Shown here: piece by piece, positions 1 through 14,436 of the stretch
Numbering within the stretch: the first letter of the stretch is position 1
Layout: each line of letters opens with the position of its first letter
Source: the human T2T-CHM13v2.0 reference genome, Homo sapiens
Reading direction: 5' to 3' (one strand)
Assembly (NCBI RefSeq): GCF_009914755.1
Contig: NC_060947.1
DNA length: 64,000 nucleotides
Program-made: the position numbers and the translations under genes
Notes under the pieces: generated by a model
The model's database searches: none
What the model saw: the letters and a program-made list of their open reading frames with translations, nothing else
Told to the model about the DNA's origin: nothing

Positions 1-362
1 ATCTACACCTGAGAGGGCATGAGGGCTGCAGGATTGGGCAGAGAAAGAACCTGAACTGTGATGAGGTTGCACCCAAGGCCCATTTGACCCCATGGGGAGT
101 TCTGGAGCTGGGATGATCCTTTAGAATTGTCTGCAATTGAGAGGAGGGGCCAAAGCCTTTGTTCTCCCACATTGGCCAGTCTCTGGATATGGGCTGCCCC
201 CTGGGAAGGGGACATGATCTTGGGTGAGGCAGGCATCTTCAGCTGAAGGCAATCCCCATGTAGGGATTCAGCGGCCAGCTGCCAGCTGTCAACACTCCCT
301 GCAGCAGGGAGAATGAGTGCTTCAGTGGGACATTTGCACAGTGCACCACAGCACCCATCACA
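1..362 (-). mobile_element. LTR16-family ERVL LTR (3' LTR, cut by window start)
   Basis: Minus strand begins TGTGATGGGTGCTGTGGTG after a purine-rich AAGGGGTG tract; similar to the second copy at 54545-55345. Confidence 0.7.
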
Positions 363-1708
<1,346 letters not shown>

Positions 1709-2773
1709 TCATCTCCATTTTCAATGCATCGATAATTGGTAACTATATCTGTCACAATACAGTCTCATTAAAGTTGTAAGTATTCCAGAGAGGTAGCCAG
1801 ATTGTTACCTTGGCCACAGTACATAGATCAGGGAACTGTTCACAGGAAAAGATGAGAATAGATGTGAATATTGGAATGACAGCAATATGGTTGATGCATG
1901 CCAATTTTGATGAAGTCCAATTTATCTTTTTGTTTTCTTTAGTTGCTTATGCTTTTGGTGTCAAATCTAAGAACCTACTGCCAAATCCGATGAAGATTTA
2001 ACCCTAGGTTTTCTCCTAATAGTTTCATAGCATTACCTCTTAAATTTAGGTTGCTGACCCATCTTGAGTTAATTTTTGTTTATAGAGTAAGGTAGGATTC
2101 CAACTTCATTTTATGGTTATAGAGTTGTTCAAGCACCATTTGTTGAAGAAACTAGTTTTACCCATTGAATAGTTTTGACATCCATGTTAAAAAATCAATT
2201 GGCCGTAGATGTTTGAGTTTATTTCTGGACTCCAAATTCTATTCATTTATTTCTACATCTAGCCTTATGCCAGTACCACACTGTTTTGATTACTGTAGCA
2301 TTGTAGTCAGTTTTAAAATCAGGAGGTGTAAGTCCACAAACTTCGTTTTTCATTTACAATGTTGTTGTGGCTATTCAGAGTCCATGCAGTTCCATATGAG
2401 CATCAGAGCCAGCTTTTCCATTTCTGTCATTGCAGGTCCTTTTGATAGGGATTGTGTTAAATCTGTAAGTCTTTTGGGGAGGGGGTATTGCTATCTTAAC
2501 AATATTAAATCTTCCAAACTATGAACATGGAATGTCTTTCTATTTATTTAAGTCTTCTTTAATTTCTTTCAGCAGTATTTCATAGTTTTCAGTGTACAAG
2601 TCTTTCAACTCCTTGGTTAAATTTGTTCCTTGGCATTTTATTCTTTTGGAGGTATTGTAAATGTAAATTTTTTTTTAGTTTCTGTTTTGGATTGTCCATT
2701 GCTGGCATATAGAAACAAAAGTGATTTTTTTTTTAAAGCTTTCCTGTGCTTGCTATTATAAGTAATACTTTAA

Positions 2774-4312
2774 TTTTTTTTTTTTTTTTTTTTTTGAGAC
2801 ATGGTCTCATTCTGTCACCCAGACTGAGACGAGTGCAGTGATGCGATCATAGTGATGGCAGGGGCTGCTGCCATCATGCCAACTGCAGCAGGGAGGTGTG
2901 GCTGGAGCTGTACACTCCATGGAGCCGGTGGGAGCCCTGCCCCTTCTGAGTTGGGACTGGAGCTCCCTGTGCGGCTGCAGCCGCCCAAACCGCAGCTGCA
3001 GACCCAGGCCTCCTGCTCTACGGAGCAGGCAGAGCCCCGCCCTCTTGGGCACCACCGCCGCCCAAACTGCAGCTGTGGATCCGAGCCTCCCTGTGCTCTT
3101 GGGGGAGCCGGGAACAGGCAGGCTCTGCACTCCCTGGTGCAGCCGTAACCACCCGACCTGCTACTGCAGGGCCTCCCACTCCAAGAAGCAGGCAGGAGCC
3201 AGGGACAAGCAGGAGCCCTGCCTATTCAGGGTTGGTGGGGTGGGAGCTCCTGGGTGCAGCTGAGGCTGCCCTCCCAGGCACAGGACCTGGGCATCTCTGT
3301 AGCCTGCACCCTTGGGCGCCCCAGGAAGGAGCCCCCATCTCTGCAGTCTCAGGGGTATCTCCTCCCACTGCCTGGCCTCTCTCCACTCCCAGCACTGGCT
3401 CCGATCTCAGAGTGGGGTTGGAGCCAAGCCCAGGGGCCATGAATGGCAGCAGGAGGCAGACAGAGTCCTGGGCAGAAGGGGGTGGGATCCTCAGTAAGGC
3501 CCCACTCTCAAACCAGGGAGGGCCTGAAGGCTGGGGGCTGGGCTGCCAGAGTGAGGACTCGTGGTGCCTCTTCCAGGCCCACCCACAGCCGCCCACAGAC
3601 CAATCTACATTCACTTCTTCCCCTCTGAGGTCCATAAAAGCCCTGGACTCAGCCAGAGCAGGGTAGAAGATGGCCAGAGGACAAAGAAGGCAGAGAGATG
3701 GCAGGAGGATCAGCTGCAGAGAGGAGTACCCTTTATGCTGAGAGCTGCAGAGATGACCTGCCAGCAGAGAGAAGCTATCCTCTCCCACTGAGAGCTTCAG
3801 AGACCTGCAGAAATGTCCAAACGACCTGCCTGCAGAGAGGAGCTATCCTCTCCAGAGCCTCCTCTCTGCTATGAGCTGAATATTCCATAGGATGACCTGC
3901 CTACACTGAGGAGCTACCCACTCCTCTGAGCTGTTCTAACACTAAATAAAACTCTTCTTCACCCTTCACTTGTCTGCATACCTCATTCTTCCTGGATGCA
4001 GGACAAGGACGTGGGCAAAGGTGCCATGACCACAAAGGTTTCCAGCCAGGAAAATCAACACCCCAGATATCCTGTAACAATAGCTCTCTGCAGTCTTGAC
4101 CTTTTGGGCTCAAAGGATCCCCCTGTGTCAGCCTCTTGAGTAGCTGGGACCATAGGCACAGGCCATCACACCCAGCTAATTTTTTAAATTTTTGTAAAGA
4201 TGGGGTCTTGCTATGTTGCCCAGGCTGGTCTCGAACTTTTGGGCTCAAGTGATCCTCCCACTTCAGCCTCCTAAAGTGCTGGGATTACAGGCATGAGCCA
4301 CTCTGCCTGGTC
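2774..4312 (-). mobile_element. AluJ split by a MER52 LTR (2774-2852 and 4080-4312)
   Basis: Alu text stops at GCGATCATAG and resumes ATAGCTCTCTGCAG after the LTR. Confidence 0.9.
2853..4079 (+). mobile_element. MER52-family ERV1 solo LTR
   Basis: TGATGGCAG...CCTGTAACA termini (TG...CA), GC-rich with internal repeats, AATAAA near 3946, 4-bp TSD ATAG at 2849-2852 and 4080-4083. Confidence 0.85.
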
Positions 4313-4349
4313 CTACTTTCAGCTTTTTATCTGGTCCTTACTTTAGTGT

Positions 4350-4950
4350 GTGTGTTTTAAACACCACAACTGTATCATCTCAGGGTTCTGAAGGTCAGCA
4401 GTCCAAAATGAGTTTTGTAGAGCTAAAATTAAGTTGTGAGCAGAGCTACATTCCTCCTGGAGGCTCTAGGGGAGAATCAATTTCCTTGCCTTTTCCAGCT
4501 TCCAGAGGGTGCCTGCATTCCTTGACTTGTGGCCATTCATCCTCAAACTCACCAGCGTAGCATCTTCAAATCTTGCTCTGGACTGGGCACAGTGGCTCAG
4601 GCCTGTAATCCCAGCACTTTGGGAGGCTGAGGTGGGAGGACTGCTTGAAGCCAGGAGTTCAAGACCAGCCTAGGCAACAAAGTGAGACCCCTGTCTCTCT
4701 TTTTTTTTTTAAAAATTAGGTATGGTGGCATGCACCTGTAGTCCCAGCTACTGGGAGGCTGAGGCAGGAGAATCACTTGAGCCCAGTAGTTCAAGGCTGT
4801 AGTGAGCCATGACTGTGCCACTGTACTCCAGCCTGAGCAACAGAGTGAGACCCTGTCTCAAAAAAAAATCTTGTTCTGATCCTGATTCTGATTCCTCCGA
4901 TTCTGTTTCTACCATCATATCTCCTTTATCTCTGACCCTCCTGCCTCTTT
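4350..4950 (-). mobile_element. MLT1D-like MaLR LTR fragment
   Basis: CTGGAGGCTCTAGGGGAGAATC...CCTTTTCCAGCTTC motif; interrupted by an Alu. Confidence 0.7.
4581..4868 (+). mobile_element. AluJ
   Basis: Dimer; TSD AAATCTTG(C/T)TCTG. Confidence 0.92.
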
Positions 4951-5152
4951 AAGAAAAATTGTGGTAATATATATATAACTTAAAATTTACCATTTTAACC
5001 ATTTTTAAAGTGAATAGCTTGGTGGCATTGAGTACATTCAGATTGTTGTGCAACCACAACTGATTTTTGTATGTAGATCTTGTACCCTACAAATTTGCTG
5101 AACTTCTTTATTAGCACTAGTAGTTTTTTGTGTGTATTCTATGGGATTTTCT

Positions 5153-5464
<312 letters not shown>

Positions 5465-6398
5465 TTCTGTAGGATTTTCTATATGTAGGATGATGTCATC
5501 TGCAAACAGAAATAGTTTTACTTTTTCCTTTCCAAGTTGGATGCCTGTTATTTCTTTTTCTTGCCTAATTGCTGTAGCTAGGATTTCCAGTACAATGTTC
5601 AATAGCAGTGGTGAAAGCAGGCATCCTTGCCTTGTTCCTGATCTTAGGGGAAGAGCTTTCTATCTTTTACTGTTGAGTATGAGGTTAGCTATAGGTTTTT
5701 CATAAGGAATTCCTTTTTATTCTTAGTTTGCTGGGTGTTTTTTTCATGAAAGACTGTTGAGTTTTGTCAAATGCTTTTTTTTTTTGCAACTACTGAGATG
5801 ATCATATGGTTTTTTTCCCTTTGTTCTTTTAATGTGGTGTGTTATATTGATCTATTTTCTTATGTAGAACCACCCTTGCATTCGTGGGATATATCCCACT
5901 TGGTTACGGTATATAATCATTTTTATGTTCCATTGAATTCAGTTTGCTAGTATTTTGCTGAGGATTTTTCTGTCTGTTCATAAAGGATATTGGTCAGTAG
6001 TATTTTTTTGTTTGTGGCATCCTTGTGTCTTTGGTATCAGGGTCATGCAAGCCTTATAGAATATGCTGGGAAGTATTCCTTTCTCTTCCATTTTTTGGGA
6101 GAATTTGAGGTAGCATTGCTGTTAATTGTTCTTTAAATGTTTGGTAGAATTCACTAGTGACGTCATCTGATCCTAGACTTTTCTTTGCTGGGAGGTTTTT
6201 GATTACTGATTCAATCTCTTTACTTGTTAAAGATTTGTTGAGATTTTATATTTTTTTCTTCACTCAATTGTGATTGTTTGTGTGTTCCTGGGAATTTGTC
6301 CACTTCATCTAGATTATCTGATTTGTTGCATACAGTTGTTCACAGTATCCATAATCCTTTTAATTTCTATAAAGTTGTTTTTAAAATTTCTGATTTTA

Positions 6399-7223
6399 CA
6401 AAAAATTAAAAAAAAATAGATGTTGGTGTGGATGCAATGAAAAGGGAACACTTCTACACTGCTGTTGGGAATGTAAACTAGTACAACCACTATGGAAAAC
6501 AGTGTGGAGATTCCTTAAAGAACTAAAAGTAGAACTACCATTTGATCCAGCAATCCCACTACTGGGTACCTACCCAGAGGAAAAGAAGTCATTATATGAA
6601 AAAGATACTTGCTCACACATGTTTATAGCAGCACAATTCACAATTGCAAAAATGTGGAGCCAACTCAAATGTCCATCAATAATCAACATGTGGTTAAAAA
6701 AACTGTGATATATATATCTCCACACAAACACAATGGAATACTACTAAGCCATAAAAAGGAATGAATTAATGGCATTTGCAGCGACCTGGATGGGACTAAA
6801 GACTATTATTGTAAGTGAAGTAACTCAGGAATAGAAAACCAAACATCGTATGTTCTCACTCATAAGTGGGAGCTAAGCTATGAGGACCCAAAGGCATAAG
6901 AATGACACAATGGACTCTGGGGACTCGGGGGGAAAGGGTGGGAAGGGGGTGAGGGATAAATGACTACCAAAAAATTGGGTTCAATGTATACTGCTGGGGA
7001 GATGGGTACACCAAAATCTCACAAATCACCACTAAAGGACTTACTCATGTAATCAAATACCACCTGTTCCCCAGAAACCTATGGAAATAAAAAACTAAAA
7101 AAGAAAGGGATTATATACTCCGGCCAACTGGCATTCATCCCAGGAATGCAAAGGTGGTTTAACATCCTAAAATCAATTAACATAACATACCATATTAATA
7201 GAATAAAGTGTCAAAACCATAAA
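6399..7223 (+). mobile_element. 5'-truncated L1PB1-like element plus 3' transduced segment
   Basis: ORF2 C-terminus ([21 protein letters not shown]) and 3' UTR; TSD AAAATTTCTGATTTTA at 6383-6398 and 7224-7239 at a TT/AAAA site. Confidence 0.88.
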
Positions 7224-7999
7224 AAAATTTCTGATTTTAGTTATCTTTGTTTTCTCTCTTTTTCTTAGTCATCCTAGCTAAAGGTTTGTAAATTTTGCTG
7301 ATATCTTCAAAGAACCAACTTTTGGTTTGTTGTTTCTTTCTATTGTTTTTCTATTCTCTACTTCCTTTCTCTCTGCTGCCATCAATTTTTAGTTTGTGTG
7401 AACATTCTGAGCTTTCTCATCCATGAACCAAGCTTGGCTTTTTCCCTCTTCCATTAATTAGCTGGTCACAAAGAATACCCCATGAAGCCCTAAGTGTGAG
7501 CTGGGGCAGAGGCACAGATGGAACAGTGGTAGATGGTTGAGGGGTCTGCGTCACTTGCTTAGCCACTTGCTTGTGCTCTCTGGCTTTGCTTGTAAATGAT
7601 CTACATGTTCCACCTCCATCTTCTGAAGGACTGCTTTTTGGCCTTCCTAAACCTATGACTTGGTGGGTCTGACAGAACCCAGGTCATGATGGTTAGTTCT
7701 GGCTGTGAGATCACTTGATTCCCCTTGGTCAGGCACTTGTCTCTACCTGCCACCCACCTTCCTCTGAGAGTCGAGTGTCACCACCTACCATCTGTCATTT
7801 TGGGATTCCATCATCCTCATTGCTATCAGTGAGCTCCGTTCTGTAACAGCATATCCTACCATCATTCCCAACCATCCTGATGGATGGCCACTGAGTTTCT
7901 CATTGATGCTGGCTCTCCTGTTACCCATGCATTGTTTATTGCTTTGATAAAGTGTGTACTTGGGGGTCCTCCAGTGAGGACTTTATATAATACAACCCC

Positions 8000-8402
8000 T
8001 ATATTAGTTGCTCAGGCTGCAGTACCAAAATACCACAGGCTGGGTGGCTTAAACAACAGACATTTGTTCTCTCACAGTTTTGGAGGCTGGAAGTACAAGA
8101 TCAAGGTGTCATCAGGGTTGGTTTCTGGTGAGACCTCTCTTCCTGGCTTGCAGACAGCCATCTTCTTACTTCTTACTGTGTCTCACATGGCCTCTTCTCT
8201 GTACTTGCATGGAGAGCAAGATCTCTCTGAAGTCTCTTTCTCTCCTTATAAAGATACCAGTCCTGCAGCATTAGAGTCCCACCCTTGTGACTTCATTTAA
8301 CCTTAATTACCCCCCTATGCTCCCTATCTCCAAATACAGTCACATTGGAGAGTAAGGCTACAACATATGAATTTTAGGAGGGCACAATTCAGTCCATAAC
8401 AA
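8000..8402 (-). mobile_element. MLT1A-like MaLR LTR
   Basis: ATACCACAGGCTGGGTGGCTTAAACAACAGA...TTCAGTCCATAACA. Confidence 0.85.
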
Positions 8403-8631
8403 TCCCCTAGCATGCCTATTTTTCTGTGCTTTTTGGTCTTCCTTCCACAGCCTGCCATGGCAGTTCTCCCATTTCTACCTCATTCAGTGGTGCCCATTGG
8501 TTTCTCCAAGCTTCCAACAATGTGTGTAACACCATCTCCCAAGGGTCCTGCCAAGGTTTAAAATCTCATATCATAGATGAGTGGGCATCTATCAATAAAC
8601 TCTCCCTTAGCCAACTTTATGGCTTACCTCC

Positions 8632-9100
8632 TGAATTAGTTTACTCGGGCTACCAGAACAAAATACCGCAAACTGAGTGGCTTCCAACAACAGAAATTTA
8701 TTGTCTCATGGTTCTAGAAGCGGGAAGTCTGAAGTCAAGATGTTGGCAGGGCCATGCTCCCTCTGAGACTCTGGGTAGAATCCTTCCTTGCCTCTTTCTA
8801 GTTTCTGGTGGTGCTGCCAATGCTTGGTGCTCCTTGGCTTACAGCTGCATTTAGCCTCTGCCCCATCTTCACATGGCATTCCCCTGTGCATCTTCACATC
8901 ATCTTCCCTTTGTGTGTGTCTGTGTTCAAATTTTTTCTTTTTAAAGGACACCAGTTGTTTTGATGTAGGGCCCTTCTAGATGACCTCATCTTAACTTGGT
9001 TAAGTCTGCAAGAGTCCTTTTTCCAAATAAGGTCACATTCTGGGGTACTGGAGGTTTGGACTTCAAAATAGCTCTTACGGGAGACAGTTTTAGTCATAAC
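8632..9100 (-). mobile_element. MLT1B/C-like MaLR LTR
   Basis: GGCCATGCTCCCTCTGAGACTCTGGGTAGAATCC...AATAAGGTCACATTC. Confidence 0.82.
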
Positions 9101-9825
9101 CCCTCCCTTGATACAGAATCCTCAGAATCTCATCCATACTCTCTGGGCTTCTGCCATTACATGGTTTGCTCTTACAGTCTTTTGAAATATAGCCACTCTC
9201 CTCTCTTAGCAGGCCCGGCACTTTAGTGGCTGGGTAATGTTATGACTGAACCCTAGTTATTGACCTAGCAACCAGGAGAAATGGTTGGGGTAGATCCCAG
9301 TAGGGGGTGGGCTATGTGTTATCTTGCAGGGTAGAGGCCTCTGCACCGTCTTCAAACAAAAGGCTATCACTAGCCTTAAGTATAGTCACTCCACCTCTCT
9401 TTTTGGTTACTGTTTGCATGGAATATATTTTTTCATTCATTTACTTTCAATCTATTTGCGTTTTTGAATCTAAAGTAAATCTCTTGTAGATAGCATATAG
9501 TTGGATCATGTATTTTATTCATTCTGCTAATCTCTGTATTGGAGAGTTACACCTATTTACATTTAACGTAATTACTGATAAGAAAGGACTTACTTCTGCT
9601 ATTTTGTTATTCATTCCCTGTATGTCTTACTTTTTTTGTTCCTCAGTTCCTCCATTACTGCCTTCTTTCATATCAATTGGATATTTTCTAGTGTAACACT
9701 TGAGTTCTCTTGCCATTTCTTTTTACTATACATTTTTGGGTTATTTTCTTAGTGGCTGCCCTGGCGATTATAATTAACATCTTACATTTACAACAACCCA
9801 GTTCATATCAATGCCAACTTAATTC

Positions 9826-10132
9826 CTTTTCTTTTTCTTTTCTTCAGAGACAGGGTCTTACTCTGTCACCCAGTGCAGTGAGGGTGCAGTGGCATAATCA
9901 TAGCTCACTGCAGCCTTGAACTCCTGGGCTCAAGTGATCCTCCTGCTTCAGTCTCCCAAATAGGTGGAATTACAGGCACATGCCACCATGTCTGGCTAAT
10001 TTTAAAACTTTTTGTAGAAACCAGGTCTCACTATATTGCCTAGGTTGGTCCTGAACTCCTGGGCTCAAGTGATCCTCCCACCTCAGCCTCCCAAAGTGCT
10101 GAGACCATAGGTGTGAGCCACTATGCCTGGCC
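9826..10132 (-). mobile_element. AluJ
   Basis: Dimer with J-type CTGGGCTCAAGTGATCC. Confidence 0.92.
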
Positions 10133-10323
10133 TTAATTTCAATAGTATACAAAATTGTTCCTCCATATAGCTCTGTCCCCCTTCCCATGTTGTTATTGTC
10201 ACAATTGTATGTTTATACATTATGTGCCCATTAACATAGATTTATAATTATTGTTTCTTATAGATGTCTTTTAAATAAGATAGGAAACAAGGAGCTACAA
10301 ACCAAAAATACTTTCTAACAAAG

Positions 10324-10630
10324 TTTTTTATTATTATTATTATTTTTTAGACAGAGTCTCACTCTGTCACCCAGGCTGGAACGCAGTGGTGTAATCTTGG
10401 TTCACTGCAACCTCCGTCTTCTGGGTTCAAGCGATTCTCCTGCCTCAGCCTCCTGAATAACTGGGATTACAGGCACCTGCCACCACGCCCAGCTAATTTT
10501 TGTATTTTTAGTAGAGACAGGGTTTCACCATGTAGACCAGGCTGGTCTTGAACTCCTGACATTAGGTGATCCACCCACCTCGGCCTCCCAGAATGCTGGG
10601 ATTACAGAGTGTGAGCTACCATGCCTGGCC
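10324..10630 (-). mobile_element. AluS
   Basis: Full dimer, (TTA)n tail. Confidence 0.92.
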
Positions 10631-11861
10631 AATACAGACTTCTATATTTGTCTATGTACTTACCTTTACTGGTGTCCTTTATTTCTTTATGTGGGTTTGA
10701 ATTACTGTCCAGTGTCCTTTCATTTCAGCCTGAAGGACTCCCTTTAGCATTTCTCATAGGGTAGGTGTACTAGTGACGAACTCCCTCTGTTTTTGTTTAT
10801 CTGGGCATGTCTTAATTTCTCTTTCATTATAAAAATCAATTATTTAAATTAGTTATTTTAAAGAAGAATTTCTTTTTCCTCTGTTCCATTTGCTTAGTGG
10901 TCAGCTAAAAATTGTAGAGATTTCCTTAAATTTCTGTGTGTTTGCATGTTGGGGCACACCTTCAACACTCAGCCAGGCAGTTTAAAACTCTGCCTTAGCC
11001 TTCACTTCCTGCTTGTATGGAGCCTGAAGGGCAGCCAGAGGTGGGAACTTAGGGTCTTCTCAGGTCTTTTCTGAGCCTGCACATAGTCCTGGGCATGCAT
11101 GCGGCCTTTTGGATTCCCAGGAATATGCCAGAACTTTTCAAAGCTCTTATTCCCAAATCACCTCATTATTCAGATTTTTCTCCCAAGATTTTTGGTTAGT
11201 CTATTGCCTGTCCCAACTATTATCCATTGCCTCAGATAGCAGTGACTAACACAATTACCTATAAATGTTTTCAGAGTAAGTTAAAATGCCACAAAGCTCA
11301 TCATTCCTACTGAGGTTCAGCCTGTTTTTCTTAAGTAGTCTCCTGGTTGCTGCAAGCTTTGAGTTAATTTCCAGAGTTCTGAAAAAGTTGATTCCAACCA
11401 TTTTTGCCTGTTTTTTCATTGCATTTATGGAGGGATGAACTTTTGGCATTTCTTATTCCACCATTTTTGCTAGGCACTAGCCTTAAACAAGGTGGAGTGG
11501 GCCACTTCTGCAGGCCCAGAGGGTTTGGGGTATATGGTGAGTTAAGATTTTTTTGATAGCATTGATCCAGATGTCGTGTTCCATATCTCAAGGCGCCACT
11601 CCTTCCCAATCAGGGCCCTGATCTTGGTAGAGCGGACTCACTGGAGTTGAAAATTTCACTTTCTCTGGAGCTCTGCTGCTCTTATAATTAACTCCTAGGC
11701 CTGACTCTCAGCTTTTTCTGTCCACTGGCTACAGTAGATAAGGGTCTCTTTTAATGCAGCTGGCATGGGATACTGCTGGCAAGAAATTCACTGGCCTGGT
11801 GCAATGTCTCAGGCATTTAAGAGGTACAAGGGAAATAGTAATTATAAAGACTATTGAATTT

Positions 11862-12075
11862 TTGAAATATATAATACTAAGAGAGTACATTTCAAATGTC
11901 TAATCATAAAAAATGATAGGTAATTGAGGTGATGAATATGTTAATTTGCTTGATTTAATCAGGCCACATTGTATTCATATATCAACACATCACATTGTAC
12001 CCCATAAATGTAGATAATTATGATTTGTCAATCAAAAATAATATTGATAATAATTTTTTAAAAAACACATTGAAC
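11862..12075 (+). mobile_element. L1MA 3' end fragment
   Basis: GAGGTGATGAATATGTTAATTTGCTTGATTTAATC...CACATTGTACCCCATAAAT followed by an A-rich tail. Confidence 0.75.
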
Positions 12076-12584
12076 AAAAGATTATGGAATTGGAGGGATG
12101 TTTCTGGAAGCATCCAATGCATTGGAAAAAAATAATGAAAATTGAAGGTGATATCACTAATTAAATGCTAAGAATAAAAGCCATAGAGTCTCCTTAAAAA
12201 TACTAATAAATGAAATAATATTGAAAAACACTAAATTGATCCAAATGATAGCATGACAAATAGCAAGCATTCATCAAGATGATTAGCTTAAAATTAAGTA
12301 TATTGTAATTATATTATGTGTAAAGTAACTGGTTAGATATGTATACAAAGAATACACCAAAGAAAGAAAGGAAGCCAATGTGACTATATTTTCAGACAAA
12401 AATGAGCATTATGGACAAAAGCATTACTACAGATAAAGAAGATGTTATCATGATTAAAAAATGTTCGATTCACCAGGAAGATATACCAGTTCTAAATGTG
12501 TATGCTTCTAATAAGAAGGCCCCAAAATAAAGCAAAAATTTAATTACAAAAGGAAAGCCCAGTCCTTGATCACGGTAGAGATTT

Positions 12585-12765
12585 TACTTATTTATTTGTT
12601 GGTTTATTTATTTATTTAACAGACAAGGTCTCACTCTGTCACTCAGGCTGGAGTGTAGTGGTGTGATAATAGCTCACTGTAACCTTGAATTCCTGGCCTC
12701 AAGCCACCCTCCCCACTTAGCCTCCCAAAACACTGGGATATAGGCATGAACTGCCATACCCAGCC
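12585..12765 (-). mobile_element. Alu monomer (FLAM/FRAM or deleted AluJ)
   Basis: About 150-bp Alu monomer with (TTTA)n tail. Confidence 0.8.
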
Positions 12766-13094
12766 CATAGGGGAGATTTTGACAAACCTTGCTCAGTAAC
12801 TGATAGTACAAACAGACAAAGGTATCAGTAAGGATATAGAACATTTGTACAACTCAACTAACAAACATGACCTAATAGGCATAGAAAGAATAATGTAGCC
12901 AACAAGTATAGAAAATAACTTCTTTATCAATTCCAATAAGATAGTTACAAAAGATTAACTGTAGATTGGGCCATAAAGCAAGTTTCAACAAATTTCAAAA
13001 AATGGTGCATGGTCTCTACCTCAATGCCAATAAGCTAAAAATCAATACTAAAAAGATAATGTAAAAGTCTCTTTGTGTTTGGCTTTAAAAATAA

Positions 13095-13500
13095 CTAATA
13101 ATAATAATTTCAACTTTTATTTTAGATTCAGGGGGCACATGTGCAGGTTTGTTATGCGGGTATATTGCATGGGGCTGAGGTTTGGGGTACAGATTCCCTC
13201 ACTCAGGTAGTAAGCATAGTACCAAATAGGTAGTTATTCAACCCACACCCACATCCCCATCTTTCCCCAGTAGTCCACAGTGTCTATTGTTCCCATAAGT
13301 GAAAACATGCAGTATTTGATATTCCATTCCTGTTATTATGATCTCCAGCTGCATCCATGTTGCTGCAAAGGACATTGATTTTATTCTTTTTTTGTGGCTG
13401 CATAGTATTTCATGGTGTATATGTACCATATTTCATTTATCCAGTCCACCATTGATGGGCACCTAGGCCAATTCCATGTCTTTGCTATTGTGAATAGTGA
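13095..13500 (-). mobile_element. L1PB/L1PA 3' UTR fragment
   Basis: ACATGTGCAGGTTTGTTA...CATCCATGTTGCTGCAAAGGACA. Confidence 0.85.
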
Positions 13501-13633
13501 AAATAAGACAATATTTTGAACTGAATGACAATGAAAATTCTATATACCAAAACTTGTGGGACACAGATAAAGCAGCATTCGTTAAGAAATTTATACCCTT
13601 AAATGTATGTATTGGAAAAAGGAGAAAGCCTGA

Positions 13634-13920
13634 GGCCGGGCACGGTGGCTTATGCCTGTAATCCCAGCACTTTGGGAGGCCGAGGAGGGTGGATCACGAG
13701 GTCAGGAGATTGAGACCATCCTGGCTAACATGGTGAAACCCCGTCTCTACTAAAAATACAAAAAATTAGCCGGGCGTGGTGGCACGCGCCTGTAGTCCCA
13801 GCTACTCGGAGGCTGAGGCAGAAGAAAGGCGTGAACCCGGGAGGCGGAGCTTGCAGTGAGCCGAGATCACACCACTGCACTATAGCCCGGGTAACAGAGC
13901 GAGACTCTGTCTCAAAAAAA
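13634..13920 (+). mobile_element. AluY
   Basis: CCATCCTGGCTAACA, GGCGTGAACCCGGGAGGCGGAGCTTGC. Confidence 0.95.
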
Positions 13921-14301
13921 ATTAATGAGCTAAGCATCCATATCAAGAAGCTAGAAAAAGAACAGCAAACTTAAACCAAAGGAAGTAGAAGGAATGAAAT
14001 ACCAAAGAGTAGAAATCATGAAATAAAAAACAAAGATGTAATAGAGAAGTTCAACAAAACCAAAAGTTGGTTCTCTAAAAAGATTGATGAAATTGATAAA
14101 TCCATGTCAACGCTGATAGAGAAAAAATGAGAGAAGACACAAACTTATTAGTGTCAGGAATTTTAAAAAAGATATCACTATAGATCCTTCTGATGTGACA
14201 AAGATACTAAAATGATATTTTGATCAGTTTTATTGCAATAAACTTTAAAATTAGATGAAATGAGCAAAGTTTTAGAAAAATAAAACATATCAAAAAGATG
14301 C

Positions 14302-14436
14302 GGCCAGGCATGGTGGCTCACATTTATAATCCCAGCACTTTGGGAGGCTGAGGTGGTCAGATTGCTTGAGCCTAGGAGTTCAAGACCAACCTGGGAAACA
14401 TAGCGAGGCCCCATCTCCACAAAAATTTTAAAAAAG
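14302..14436 (+). mobile_element. FLAM_C-like Alu monomer
   Basis: Monomer with TSD AAAAAGATGC. Confidence 0.88.

Larger units (their letters stand above)
9375..11468 (-). mobile_element. Old L1M (inter-ORF/5' region) fragment
   Basis: Antisense L1 text (TTACTTTCAATCTATTTG...GATAGCATATAGTTGGATC); contains two Alus. Confidence 0.7.
7375..12196 (-). mobile_element. ERVL internal remnants (pol/gag): about 7375-7995, 8405-8632, 9100-9365, 11470-11760; inverted piece 11760-12196
   Basis: Resembles recalled HERV16/ERV3-16A3 internal sequence (AAGCCAAGCTTGGTTCATGGATG; GCAGGACCCTTGGGAGATGGTG); colinear with the LTR16 at window start. Confidence 0.55.

Noticed and set aside
2807-3791. Cluster of overlapping 100-190 aa ORFs
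   Set aside because: GC-rich MER52 LTR with few stop codons; no protein homology recognised.
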